This document shows, in pieces, positions 46,908 to 59,800 of a DNA stretch of 64,000 bases. The DNA comes from Tubiluchus corallicola. Taxonomy: Eukaryota > Animalia > Priapulida. The notes under the pieces are model-generated. The model was not told where the DNA came from and did no database searches. It saw only the letters and a list, made by a program, of their open reading frames with translations. Every line of letters begins with the position of its first letter. Positions within the stretch are counted from its first letter, which is position 1. Position numbers and translations under genes: made by a program. The stretch covers positions 496,001 through 560,000 of the forward strand of contig JAQGDQ010000116.1 in the NCBI GenBank assembly GCA_030141605.1, written 5' to 3'.

Positions 46908-49900
46908 CACATATTTCTAAATATTATTTTACCTATAAATTTTAAATTGTAATTGTATATAGGTTACGTAATAGATAATAGATAATAACGTCAACAATTC
47001 CGAAATTTACGTGTAAAAGTGCAAAGTATCCAAAAATACCAACAAACTACCTATGCGAAAATCACTTATGCCCAATTATATGTTTAAAAACAAGTTTACT
47101 GCGGAATATTGTCCAAAAAAGTATTCAAATTAAATTGCCTTATGCACCTAAATTACCTGCGTATCCAAAGGAGCATCCAAACACGTACGCTTAAAATAGT
47201 TTCACGGATGCAAATGGTGACAATTTTGTTGTTACATATATACAGGAAAACCAGCGAACCACCATCATCCCCAATAATTGTCGACCAATAGTTCAGCTAC
47301 AACATCAACATCATTCTTCAAAAGAGTATGAAAATATAACTCGTTTTCTTCACCGACCTGTTGATTCACCTTTACAATTTTATATACGTTTTTACAGCAT
47401 CATATATATCACAAATTTTCATTTTACATTTGAGCCTGCTCAGCATCACTGATTATGTTCACGCATAGGCTAAAAATGTAGTAAAGTTTACTACAGCTTG
47501 ATATCAATAGATACCACAGTGTATTAAAATTACTGTCATATGAGCTTAGCTTAATTACGGTGAATTTCCCAAGTTGTTCTAGGATTAATACTGGAGTAAT
47601 ACACACGCTAAACGTCCACAACTCTTTTCAAATCGTTCTGACTCATTTTTTACACTTTTTATCTGAATTTACAATAAGTCTCCAGTCACTACGTCACACA
47701 AAATATTTTTCGAGTCTACGTCATTGACCGTCGACTTTGTCGAAATGATCATATATCAGTTATCCATGTTAATGTCACTCACTCCCAAGCGTTACAAAAG
47801 TTAGGGGCTGGCCACGCCACAATATGCGTAGGCTGTGCAAAGTGGCTAAGAAACAAGTTAGACAAGAAACAAGGACGAAGGAGTGCACGGTCACCTACGA
47901 CGCAAGCAAAGCTCAGGGCAGATCAAGAAAAGCTGATAATTACGTTATTTACAATGCTTGACTAATATAATTATTGTTATACGCGGTTTACAGCTGTTGT
48001 TGCTTGTCCCTTGTATATGTGTTAAGACTATATACTGTACTATAAGCTACGTATCCATATATTAGCACCAAGAAATACTGGCTTGGCATCCCGCGAGTTT
48101 TAGGATGTCTTAACTTAATGGTAGTTGAACGTTTTTACTCATTGTCAGCAATTCCTCTATAGTGATGATGTCACGAAAAACATTGGCGGTGAAGTGATCG
48201 AGCATGATCTGCCTTAATTTTCTGGTATGGCGAGGGGTGACCGTTAAAAAACACAGAAAAAGCCATAATTTGTACAGGAAAGAGAGTCGGGTAATCAAAC
48301 AAAAATATTTAAGTAAGTCACAATTTGTTTAAGTACCATAAACAATTAAAGTAAGAAAATATTTTAAATCAGTTATCAACTGACAATACATGGTTTGTAC
48401 ATATTGACAACATTATTTACATAATTGTTATGAACAGAAAGCCTTCACTATTTGATTCATGCTTCAAAGTCGTTTATTCTAAAGAGAATAATAAAGAGAA
48501 CATTAACAAGTAAGAAAATGAATAAAATGATAAACAGAAGCTTAGTAATTACAAAGAAGTCAACTTATTGGCAAAAGTACTTTCTCAAATTTCAGAGATT
48601 GAATTCACAACTTAATTAAATTATTTAAATTCGTGTAACTTACATCGTTGGCTCTTCGTCAAGATTTAAAATTTCTCAAGGTACAAAATTTGGTTATAAC
48701 TAAACGATGTTATTAACTGTAACACAATAACGACAAAAACATTGCTGTGAATAAAAACACGACCACCATTGTTCTCCTCCTCTCCTTTCCTCCTCACTCG
48801 TAGAGGGCAGCACCTTCTAGTAAATAAGTGTCTTTATGCATATTGCAGTTACAATAATGATGGCAATCATGTATGTGAAAAAAATAACGTTTTGTTCAGT
48901 ATCTTAGGTTAAAGGATAGGGTCATTTCTTTTTTCTGACTTCTTTACCTGTGACTTTTTTTACCTGCGACTTTATTGCCTGGATTCCTTCTCGAGCAACC
49001 CCTTGCAATCTCCTATAGGTTCTACTATTTCCTCTAGCTGTTTTTTGACAATGCCGACTTAGCTGATACTATGTGGTGTGGCTTTTGTTCCCCTCGCTCT
49101 CGTTATAATCATCTAATGCGTATATTAGTAGAGCTTTAGAGGGTTTGGGCGAGGCCTGATCTACAACTATTAACGCAACGAATACTTTCGCTAACTAGGG
49201 CTTAGAGTTACTCCACAAAATTCACTCGTGTTGTACAGAGGCAGTACGAATATTATGTATCATCTCAAAAATCGCATATTGGTGGTGGTTTTTTGGGAAA
49301 TGATCTAGCTATCAAATTAACCCTAGAAAGTTTCCATAGGCTTGCTATAGTCTTATGAACGCATTGTCCTCTTATCCTCTATAATATTCTGCTCCAATGC
49401 CATCCTCGATAAGTCTTAATTAGAACATCTCGTATGCTTACTGAACGGGTTCAGAATTTGGCTGAGAATCACCAATTCAACGCAAAAAAGAATCTTGAAT
49501 GGACGTGCACGGGACCTTGTGCACGTATAAATTTCTTGCCATCGCAATGCAAAGCCACTTACCACACATACGCGTGTGTTTTGTGATCAGTCTTGCCTGC
49601 TTGCCTTTTCTTATATTTGATCTTTAGGAAGAGACTAAAAGTAGGTGTATTTTTATAGAAATGGCTAAAATTTAAAATATGAGTTTGAAACTTGCTTCGA
49701 CTTATCTAGAATATAAAATTTATTCGCATTTGCCAGATCAGAAAGCTGGTAAAAATTTTGGAGTCGAGTTCCGTACTTGACAGTAAGTAAAAGTGCCGGT
49801 AATTATAATAACATAAATTCTGTAAATGCAAACAATTAAAAAATAAGAAAACATCAATAATGATTACGCCTGGGTAGCTACTAGCTAGGCAGTCACAAAT

Positions 49901-50741
49901 AAAACGTAAGATATAACCCGAAAAAATGTTCTTATTATTTAATCAACTCTTAAAAAAGGTCTTTTGAAGCCAAGCTTCTAATCCTGTCTGTCTTTTCATG
50001 TGATAGTAGTTTTGAATTATGGACATCAAAAATAAAACAATAAAAGAAAATGCCGCCTGATTTTTTTATTAAGAAAGATGTTGTGCATCACATGATCTAA
50101 TGAAATTTTAACTCTAACTCCCCTAACCTCAAGAAATGAACTTTTAAACTTTTGAAATTTTAAAAGCCACTATGATAATGTCATAATTTTAATCATGTGG
50201 GTAAAATAATAAGTTAGTACAACTACATATCTGAAATCTGGACTGTGCGATGGCAATGCATATGACAATGACAGAAGAAAACTTAACTTATCAATAATTA
50301 TACACAATTCACTAATCGTAGTATTGTTTAGAAGGCTGGTCTGTATCGGGATCTATATCTGGTAGAATAACCTTCAAACTCCAACTATGAATAATACGTC
50401 GATTGATGTGTACATTGATGAATGTTAACATAAAATATACATGGAGATTAAATATTTACAGCTAAATTTACAGTCAACTGCTTCTTTAAAAGGACTGTTC
50501 CAGATTGTAAGACTGAAAATTTATATGGTAAGGATGAGATTGAAATGTGGTTAAATTTGAAGGAGAGATGTGATGTAGTACGTGGAGAAACAGAAATTAA
50601 ACGAGAGGACGGCACTACCACTAAATCTTGGATAATTTATACATCAATACTAGGCGGTGCCCTTCTCTCTGTCTATTGATTTTACCAATAATGTATCCCG
50701 CCTTTGAAAGTGCGGATTGTGCCGTTGTAGTCCCTGCGCGA

Positions 50742-51090
50742 CACCTAACTAGCGAGATGTCGGCTGCCTGTTTTGCTTGTTTGGGGGCAGTACTTCAGGC
50801 TCCGTGATCCTCCATCGTAAGATGTCGTTTGCCTTATTTGCTACAATATCAACATGGTTATTCCAATATTTTTGCTTCGTGGTTTACCGAGATTTTTAAA
50901 GCAAAACCGGACCCAATCTTAAACTGTAGGTCAAAACAGTTTAAAATACTCTTTAAAATATTGAAGTAAAACATTCTTTTTTTCAAAAACGACTAACGTG
51001 AAAGAATTATTACCACATAAACAATTTCACGTTCACGCCACTGTTGCGTGTTTCGCTGTTGCATGCAATTCGCATATCGCTAGTTAGACG
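50742..51090. mobile_element. Degenerate MITE-like inverted repeat pair
   Basis: cacctaactagcgagatg (50742-50759) pairs with catatcgctagttagacg (51073-51090). Confidence 0.4.
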
Positions 51091-51789
51091 GGCACTAGCG
51101 CCTGCATTTCGGAAACGCAACGCATAAAAACAGGTGCTGTACCTCTCTCAGTTCAGATATGTTAGTTTCTGACGAACTACACACGTGCGTGAACACATCG
51201 GTAAATTTGAAATTTTAGTTTTTATTTTAAAACTTGCCTAGTTTTGCCACTACACACTGTACTAACACTGTACTTCAATTTTCGTTTTGCAAGCACGTGC
51301 AACACGCTCATGGCATATTTTTGCTGTTGAAAATTATGTTAATTTGTGATGTCATCAATAGTATGGGTTCGCTCGTCGTTGATTAAGCTTTAGTCTATTA
51401 TTTAATTATCAGAAACGCTTTTGCAGTATTAATTGTGTTAAAATGTATACTTTTTATCGGATTTGAAAATGGGGTTGTATATGAAAAATCATCCTGTCTT
51501 CCTTTAACCTGGCTTACAGTAGAAAGTTGTGTATTGCTTAACTGACATGTGCATAAAAACAGTGAATCTGCAGAATCTTGTTACATTACATTTAACTAGA
51601 TTGAAACTGGTTGTGGCGTTATAGGTGCAAGTGATAAGGAGCTACTTGCACGCGTATAACGCGTCTGCAAGAAGTGTCAGGTAATGTTGTTATTAACTTA
51701 TTGATTGAAGTTACGCACGTTTTTCAGTTTTTCTATTATCATTCAGTGCTTGATGTAACGCTGTAGTAAGTAGAGAGTCCTTTGGTAAT

Positions 51790-53690
51790 CTAATGCAATG
51801 TCCAGTCCATCTACGCCGACGCTTCTGTATAACCTCATTCCTTCTTCTTCGTTAAATCGCATAAATCTTGATTTGAGGGTTTTTTGGCCATTTTATGTCC
51901 AACATCTTTCTGTACAGACGTTTTTGGAAGGCGTTAATTTCTTCCGGACAACTTTGACTGCCCACAATTCATATTTATATAAGAATACAAGTGATGATAA
52001 AATATGTAGTTTCTGTGGTGAGATTTAGATTTTCAAAGATATTTATAAGCTTAGAACAGGCAGCCAAGGCTAACATTTTTCCACTTGCTATGTCAGCTTC
52101 AGTGCCTAGTAAACTACCAAGATATTTACAGTTCTTCTAAAAATTATCACCACCGCGCTGTTTTGTGCACTGCTCTGTTCTGGTGTCATTTATGTTCAAT
52201 TTGAAAATTTTCAGACAGTTGGTTACATCTACTTTCACAGCATCTATTTCGCCTATGCTAGTTACTGTCCAGGCAATATCATCAGCATATTACATTGACA
52301 AGAGACTCGAAGGAGATCCAAATATTGCGTAATTATGTTCTACTGACTAGTCAGCGAGACTGATTTTGCATCTAGAATTGCGTACATATGACCAACAAGT
52401 TGTACAGATGGTATGTAATTTGTTTCCTTCAAGGCTGTTGCTGGTTTAAAATGTGAATAGAACAAGGCTTAAACAATCGCCCTGTGGAATACCAGTATTT
52501 GAGCAAAACTCCAAGTGGAGGATGCCATCACATTTTACTTGCAAGGATAGATTTTGTAGTTGTATAGTAGTCGTCTGCAATTCATCTTTCTGCAGCACAT
52601 CATTTAAATGATTAAATTAGTAATAACTTCCTCTGCACTGTATTAGATACTTTAGACATATCAAGCAGTAGGGTATGAATAGAGAAATTGGTGGTGGAGA
52701 TGGTTTATTCTGCTAAAAGTTTGCAAGCAAGATCTAGTTCAGCTTGCTTCTACTTGGTTGATATGACACTTGGCTTTTATTGTATACAACTTTGTAGTTT
52801 ATTATGTGGTTTTTGCAGTGAGATGAGAATACCTCTAGATATGTCTGCTGGGGACACTCAGATTTCGGCAATGCTATTCGTTATGCCTGCAATTTTATTA
52901 AACCGTAACATGAAGTTTACTGGTACCATGTTTTAGAAGCTCTACATTTAGGTTGTCAATACTAGGACTTCATTGTTTTTCAGAAACTTTATTGTCTTGC
53001 TGAATTCATCTGTTGTAAAAGATTTCCTCATAGCAGTAGATGAAATATGTGTCAGTGCTTCTTCAAATTCATTGTGAAAACTATTCTTAAAGAAACAACA
53101 GATTAATTCAGCTTGCTTTGCAGAATCTGTTACAATTACAATGCCTTTAATTGTTTCTTTGGACTACAGCTTTTTGTTTGGTTTGAGATTTTGGAGAATA
53201 GGTATGGGATTGAAATACCAAGTTATGTCATTCTTAGAGCTTTCAACAGCTTCAACAAGGTTTCTAATCCGGGCATATTCAATTTTCCTTTTACAATCAT
53301 GGATTTGATTCATGAAGTTGTTTCGTTCTTTTTTCAGTAGATAAATTTTTTCAGACAAATTGGATAAATATTTTGTTTGGTGAATTCTGTCCTTCAGATT
53401 TTTTTGTTCCTGTGATAAATTTTCAATAGTAGTATCAGAGATATGGATGGTATTAAGTGAGGAATATCCTAGAATTTCGCTAACAATTTCTATAACAGCT
53501 CCCAGTTCTTAACTTGATTTTGTGATTCTAGTGTAGTAAGTTTTCTGTCAATCATTTCCTGATATTGTTTGTGTACGTTCTCATCTTCCAGCGTTTCAAC
53601 ATCAGATGTACGTGCTTTGCTTCAAGTTTCGTCCACTGAGTGCTGAAACTTGCCGTTACTAGTGAATGCCCAACAGGCGATGGTCGTACA
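51790..53690 (-). mobile_element. Decayed non-LTR retrotransposon (RTE-like), reverse transcriptase region with stops and frameshifts
   Basis: Minus-strand motifs occur in the expected order: DHRL/HSLVTASF (end of endonuclease-like region, about 53650-53685), LLLDMSKVSNTVQRKLL (about 52620-52680), NTGIPQGDCLSLVLF (about 52455-52510), *YADDIAW (about 52270-52295), CKYLGSLL (about 52108-52131), FLYKYELWAVK (about 51955-51990). Confidence 0.88.
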
Positions 53691-53806
53691 GAAAGGGCAC
53701 TATTTGACAACTCAGGCGCACGCTACTGCCGTCTAGCGGAATAACCGATTATCATTGCCAGTTTACCATTAAATTTTGTAATGGCCGATTGGAAAAAGAT
53801 TTAGTA

Positions 53807-56800
53807 ATGGATGACGGACCGATTGCTGCACATTTTCCCAATGGACAGTACAATTCAGGACCAAATGGCAATAATTCTATTAAACAAGGAGATGATCAGT
53901 TTAGTCGACCGCAATATTCCATTCCTGGTATTCTTCATTTTATTCAACACGAATGGAGCAGATTTGAACTGGAAAGATCCCATTGGGAAATAGAACGAGC
54001 AGAACTTCAGGTATAATAGATTGGCCAAAGTATGCATCCTTAGTTTTTTTATCATCACTATTGCAGACGATAAACTGTAATATCTGTAAAACGTACAAGT
54101 TACTGTTAGTACATAAAATGAGTTCAGTTTCAGATTGATGATATAAGGGGTGATGTAACAGTCACACCATGTTGTCAAGAAACTAAACTGTTTACAAGTT
54201 GGCCTGTACAAGTTTTCATAAGTCTCGAAAACTTGTACACATTGTGCACGAAACACAAAAGTTCTAGTTGGTTTTTTTCTGGAAGTCTAAATTTATAGAG
54301 ACGTGATGACGAATAAACTATGCAGTCATCAAAACAAGCCTAAAATTTAATGAAACTTTGTATATTTCTAGCCGGTATTGTTTTTCATTACAAATTTAAT
54401 TTTGGTACTATTTATTTCAGTAATAATTTGCTGATAGATAGTGAACTAATTATTTCATTCAAATTTTGCAAATTTACTTTGGGTTGATGTGTTATAAGTC
54501 TAACTTAAAACATAAAGTTAGCCATAGCACTATATGAACTCTTTTCTTTCACAGTACTGACATTTTAAAATGGAATCTAATTAAATTAGGCTAAACAATT
54601 ATACAATGAATTATTAAATTTAATATTTACATATTTACTCATTTTGAAAGGGCTTTTAAGTGCTAACCCTTAGATTTAATTTTCATCAAGGGTCCAGGTT
54701 TTCCAGAAAATTGTAAAATGTGGAAAAAGCATCAATGAATTTTCAGGGCTGTGTCCCATTATGTGATATTAAGCTCACATTATCAATGGAAAACCCCTGC
54801 TAGGAGTACATTTCCTGTCTTTATGTGCACAGTTTGTTTGTCGGATCTTGTACCATTTTAACTTACATTTTTTATGAAAACCTGATTTTTGAATGACTTG
54901 AAATACAGCCCACAGTTAAATGACTCAACACCAGTGGAAAAGCTTGTGTATATCAATGTACATATTCATCGTATATAGCTTGTATTACTTTTAAATTTCT
55001 TTTCATTCAAAATTGTGCTCCGAGCTTCACCACAAAATATAAATTAAGGGAAAATGTGAAAACACCAATGGATAGTGCCAATGCATGTTTGTATAATAGT
55101 GTAATATGAGCCATTTATGTTTTCTTTCACTGTTCTGAAAAAGAGAACTTTGTAGCAAAGCCATTCTAGGAAAGTCATTAACATGCTGTTTGACAACATT
55201 TTGATGAAAGAGGATGTATCTAGTCATGTAAGTTTTGGCCCTGAAGCTTGAGTCTGCTCCTAAGCAGCCTTGGAGATACCGAAACAGACTGAATAGATTA
55301 CTCTGTAGTTGTACCCATTCTTTCACTATAATAACAAATTTTAGCGAGGTTCGTGCCTGTGTGGATAGACGTGCACGCTTTGTATGGGTGTAAAAAATCT
55401 AAATTTTAAATTTTTTTGTTTTTATTCTTTCAGGCTAGAATAGCATTTTTACAAGGAGAAAGGAAAGCACAAGAAAATTTGAAAAATGATTTGATACGTA
55501 GAATTAAAATGCTAGAATATGCACTAAAACAAGAAAGGTAAAACTTTGTTTCATTAACTTCACTTTTCAACACAGAGCACATGATTTGTTGGCCAGCTCT
55601 ACAATTCTGTGAAGACAAAATTAAAACAAATTTTGTAAGCAGCTTAAGTATTATAATTCCATCAAAGACCGGAGTTATAAAAATATAATAACAACAGTTA
55701 ACTATAATATTAATGATATAGTTTTTTGCATCTATAAGTTTCATTTGTAATTTTGATCTTGATTAGGCAGATGAGTTTTTTTGACTTAGTATTTATTTTA
55801 CATGTTCTACTAGTGAGAAATATTGGTAATAAGAAAGGTGTTCTGTTCCTTCCATTTTATACTTCAGCATTCTGTATGTGTACAGTGAGTGTATAAGTTC
55901 TTTCACAATTTATTTATTTATTTTGTCTAAATACTGTGGATAACTGTCATCTATAAAGTATGTACGGTTAAAGGTGTATGTTTTTCAGGGCGAAATTTAA
56001 CAAATTGAAGTACGGAACAGAGTTAACCGATGGAAAAGTTTCGGATTTTGGTGATTTTGGTACATATTGAATTTATTATAAATTTCAAAATAATGTAGAA
56101 TCTGCAATATTACCTTGTCATCATTACAGTATTGTATTTCCTATAATGCCTGGCTTGCAAAATCATAAAAGTACCGTATGTTTAGTATTTTCGTGAATTT
56201 AAAGCATTTGTGCAATTCTGTAGTTTTAAAACTAACAGTACTGTGTGTACAACAATGTTTCTTGTTTTCTCAGCATTGCTTCTTTGGGAGTTAGAATAAG
56301 TTATCCTTAGTCTATTCTGAATTCATTTAATTTGAGATTTGTGCCTTATGGCTGTTTTAAGTTCAGGAAGTTCTCACATTTACATTCTTGACTTTTATTT
56401 TGTAGATGATGGTATGAAACTAGAGCCTTACTCGTCTCCTAATAGCAATGTGTCTTGGCGACAAGGCAGGACATTGCTTCGACAGTAAGTACCACAAATT
56501 GTCTGAAGAATGTATTTTAAATTGCACTTTTTATGTTTCGTTTGAGGATGATCAGTATTCTTGTTAACATCAAAATTGTAAACCAAAAAAGCAGTTTGTT
56601 TTTAGTAACAGAGATGAGTTTGTAAAAATATAGAATTTTAAGTTAGATGCATTTTAATGGCCAAAATGAAGCCAGAGCTGTATTTACTTGAACAATTTAT
56701 AAAAACTATAGACATCGTAGTTATACCATTGCATTATTGTTTGTTAACTGTTGAGGGACATCATTTTTGTACATTGATCTTTTTGCGTTAAAGCTTTTGT

Positions 56801-59800
56801 TGCATACATCTTGTTTTGTGTTTTGTTATTACCATTACAGCGATTTTTACTTTTTTGAAGACATTTTTGTAAAAGATCTTGCTGTACGTAAATGGTCATA
56901 GTTTTCACTTGCTTCTCATTTATTATAGTAATTCATAAGGTAAAGAAGTACTGTACTAAATCTGCTATTTGTTTTCTGAAATTATAATGCCCCTTTAGTT
57001 GTAGGTAAGATTATACAGCCTTTTCAAGTGAGAAGATGCCTTTTAGGAAAGACTGGCTGTTTTTTTAAAGAAATTCAGGTTATTGAAATATCTTTGTTTT
57101 AAAAACTGAAAGCAGGACTCCGACTTTAACTTTATAAAATTTTTGCACAATATTTCTTTAGTATTGCTAATCATCGAAAGCACATATTTTGAAGAACTAA
57201 AATGAACCGAGGTGCTTAAAATGTATGGTACTGATAAATTTCTCAAAAATCTAAATGTAGATAATTTTTGTCTTAGAACTTCACCTTGTGTCTGCAAAAA
57301 TATAAAAAAAATGAACGAGTTAATCATTTTATACATTATAAAAATTTACTTTATTAAATGTAGTAATGATTAAACTTATTATCATATCCAGATACTTACA
57401 AGAGATTGGCTATACAGACACCGTCATCGAGGTAAGATCAAACAGAGTTCGCCAGCTCCTTGGGATGAATGGTACTGATGGGGAGATAGAAAAAGAGCGT
57501 ATGGGATTGCCAACATTTAATGGAGAACAGCCTGGCAAACGACCAATTGAAATTCAAGGCGGACGCAGGTAATTAAAGAAAACATTAACAGTTACATCAA
57601 GTTTTCACTGTTTAGTTGTAGTGAAATTGTTTAGTTGTAATCTCTGCTTCAAGCTAATTTCGAAAACCATTACTAACTTTTAAAGATTTTAAACATGTTC
57701 AATCAGAAGTTTTTTGCACAAATATATTTTGCTAAGATTATTACCTTTCTGGCATAGTAATGAAATTTAAATGTTTGTTGGGTAATCTAACTGATCTCAT
57801 GTTGTCTTATGCCAGAATTGTCTGGTTCATCCGATAAAATTTAAAGCAAAAATACAGCTTGTTTGTGATTGTCATCCCACGTGCATGTATAAGTGGCAAG
57901 ATGGAAACTTGAGCTTCTTTGTTGCTCGTTAATTATTTGATAAATTATCGTTAACTAACATTAAAAAAGCTTTTGAATAACTTATCTAGTCAAGCAGTGT
58001 CGGACAGTCAACAAAAGTTATTCGTACAAGTACAAGACATACCAGTATTATTTATTATTTATACCATTTATTCATACTTTTATACGGTACAACAAATACT
58101 CAAAAAACAACACATGATATAAATTAGTTCAAGCTGTACTTATAAAGAAAAAAGGTTTGTTAATTTGTTAAAGCAAAGTAAAAAAATAATAAAGAACAAT
58201 AGCAACAATTTATGTTATAATTACTGTCTCAACAAGTGGTCAAATATTTTAAAATTTCATGTAGTTGAGACTTCCTAAAGAAATAAATACTTGGCTTCTA
58301 TAGTCCGTAAAATTTCCTTAAATAAAGGAAATAAGTGCCAGCTGATTGTCAGAGATCTGTATTAAGCATTCTGTCAGAACTGAAATGCAGTACTTTTGAT
58401 CTAAACCATTGACAAGAACAATTAATTCAATATTGGTTAGAGATTGATACTAAGTTGTATCCCATTTATGAGGCGGCAGAATTAAGTCAGTTTCACTCAG
58501 TTTGCATATACGTCCTTTAAAGATCTACATTGTGTGTATATGTGTGTACTATCGCGGAAGGATTTAAAATGAAAAAATGGGAATTTCTTTTAATTTAGTG
58601 TGAGTATGACGTATGCTTAAGAATACTAAGTAATAATGTTCAAACTAATTTTTCGGAAACTTACTAATGAGGACCACTCTCTTGTTCTTTAAGTGAAGTA
58701 CCTTTGCATGTGTTTAATTTTATTTCTTGTAGATTGCAAGGTAAAAAACCCACTGGAGCACTAGGAGATGGAAGTTTACTGGAGAATGAGGCAGCTGTTC
58801 TTGATTCATTCAAGTTTCTTCCATCCGATAATGTTGATATGGATGAGGATGATGAAGAGGGGTAATTGATAAATTTCGTTATTCTCATTATGATAAATAC
58901 ATGTTTTATTTCCAGATATGCACTCAGATACGTGAAAATATTCTTAATGTATTTACAGTGACGATGGTGATGACCTTGATGATGCCATAGAGAAAAATGT
59001 CGATAAACTAGATGTAAGGCCAGGAAAACCTCGAGTAAGTATTTACATACCTAATTTTTTGTAGTTTGTATTTCCTTATTTGTTTTTTTTTGCGTTAAAC
59101 CTTATGATATTCCATAAAATTAATGCGTGTTTGAAATGCTTGCAAATTTTGCAAGTAAGATCTGATACCTTAATTTCTAAAAGTGTAACTTACGTTATGG
59201 TAAATATGACAGATATTACTATGACTGAGTAGGTAACCAGCATGTGTGTTCATGAACAAGAAATGAAAGGCACAGCTTGCTGTTCTAGTGTCTTATTACT
59301 CAGCAATAATTTTTGTTCATTGAGCAATGGTTTGGTGATTAAATGTCAAAAATGAAAAGTCGGTATTTATAGATGCAAACGATGAAGGCAAATTGTCCAC
59401 GTGTTTTGTTTGCACTTGCACAGTTTAATCTCGCATTCTGAATAATGATATTAGCAAAATAATAACATAGGATAGGGATCGCGAACCACGAGAACCAAAG
59501 CCTCGAAACTGAATCTAAAAATCTGAGCTTTGATTCAATTCAATTCACTGAAGTTTTATATTACTTTAGATCCTACCTGATTCCACAGAGTATTATTTAA
59601 AAATTGATTTTGCTTTGCCTGCAGAGGCAGCTGGGTAGCATTCTATTGCAAAAGCAATTATATACTCTTTTACCTTTGATTTGTGGCAAGATTACTTAAA
59701 TCACTGACCTTTTTGATAATTTTTTATTCTACTTCATTCAATTTGATTGAAAACTGCAAAGATTTGAATAAGATTTGGTTTAAAGAAATGACTAAAAAAT

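Noticed and set aside
58599-58599. tttag|T|gtgagt, a 1-nt exon-like site in striatin
   Set aside because: It would frameshift, has no supporting regulatory context and is plausible by chance.
59625-59634. tgctttgcctgcag|10 nt|gtagca microexon-like site
   Set aside because: Lengths of 10, 8 or 4 nt all break frame, and the donor is weak.
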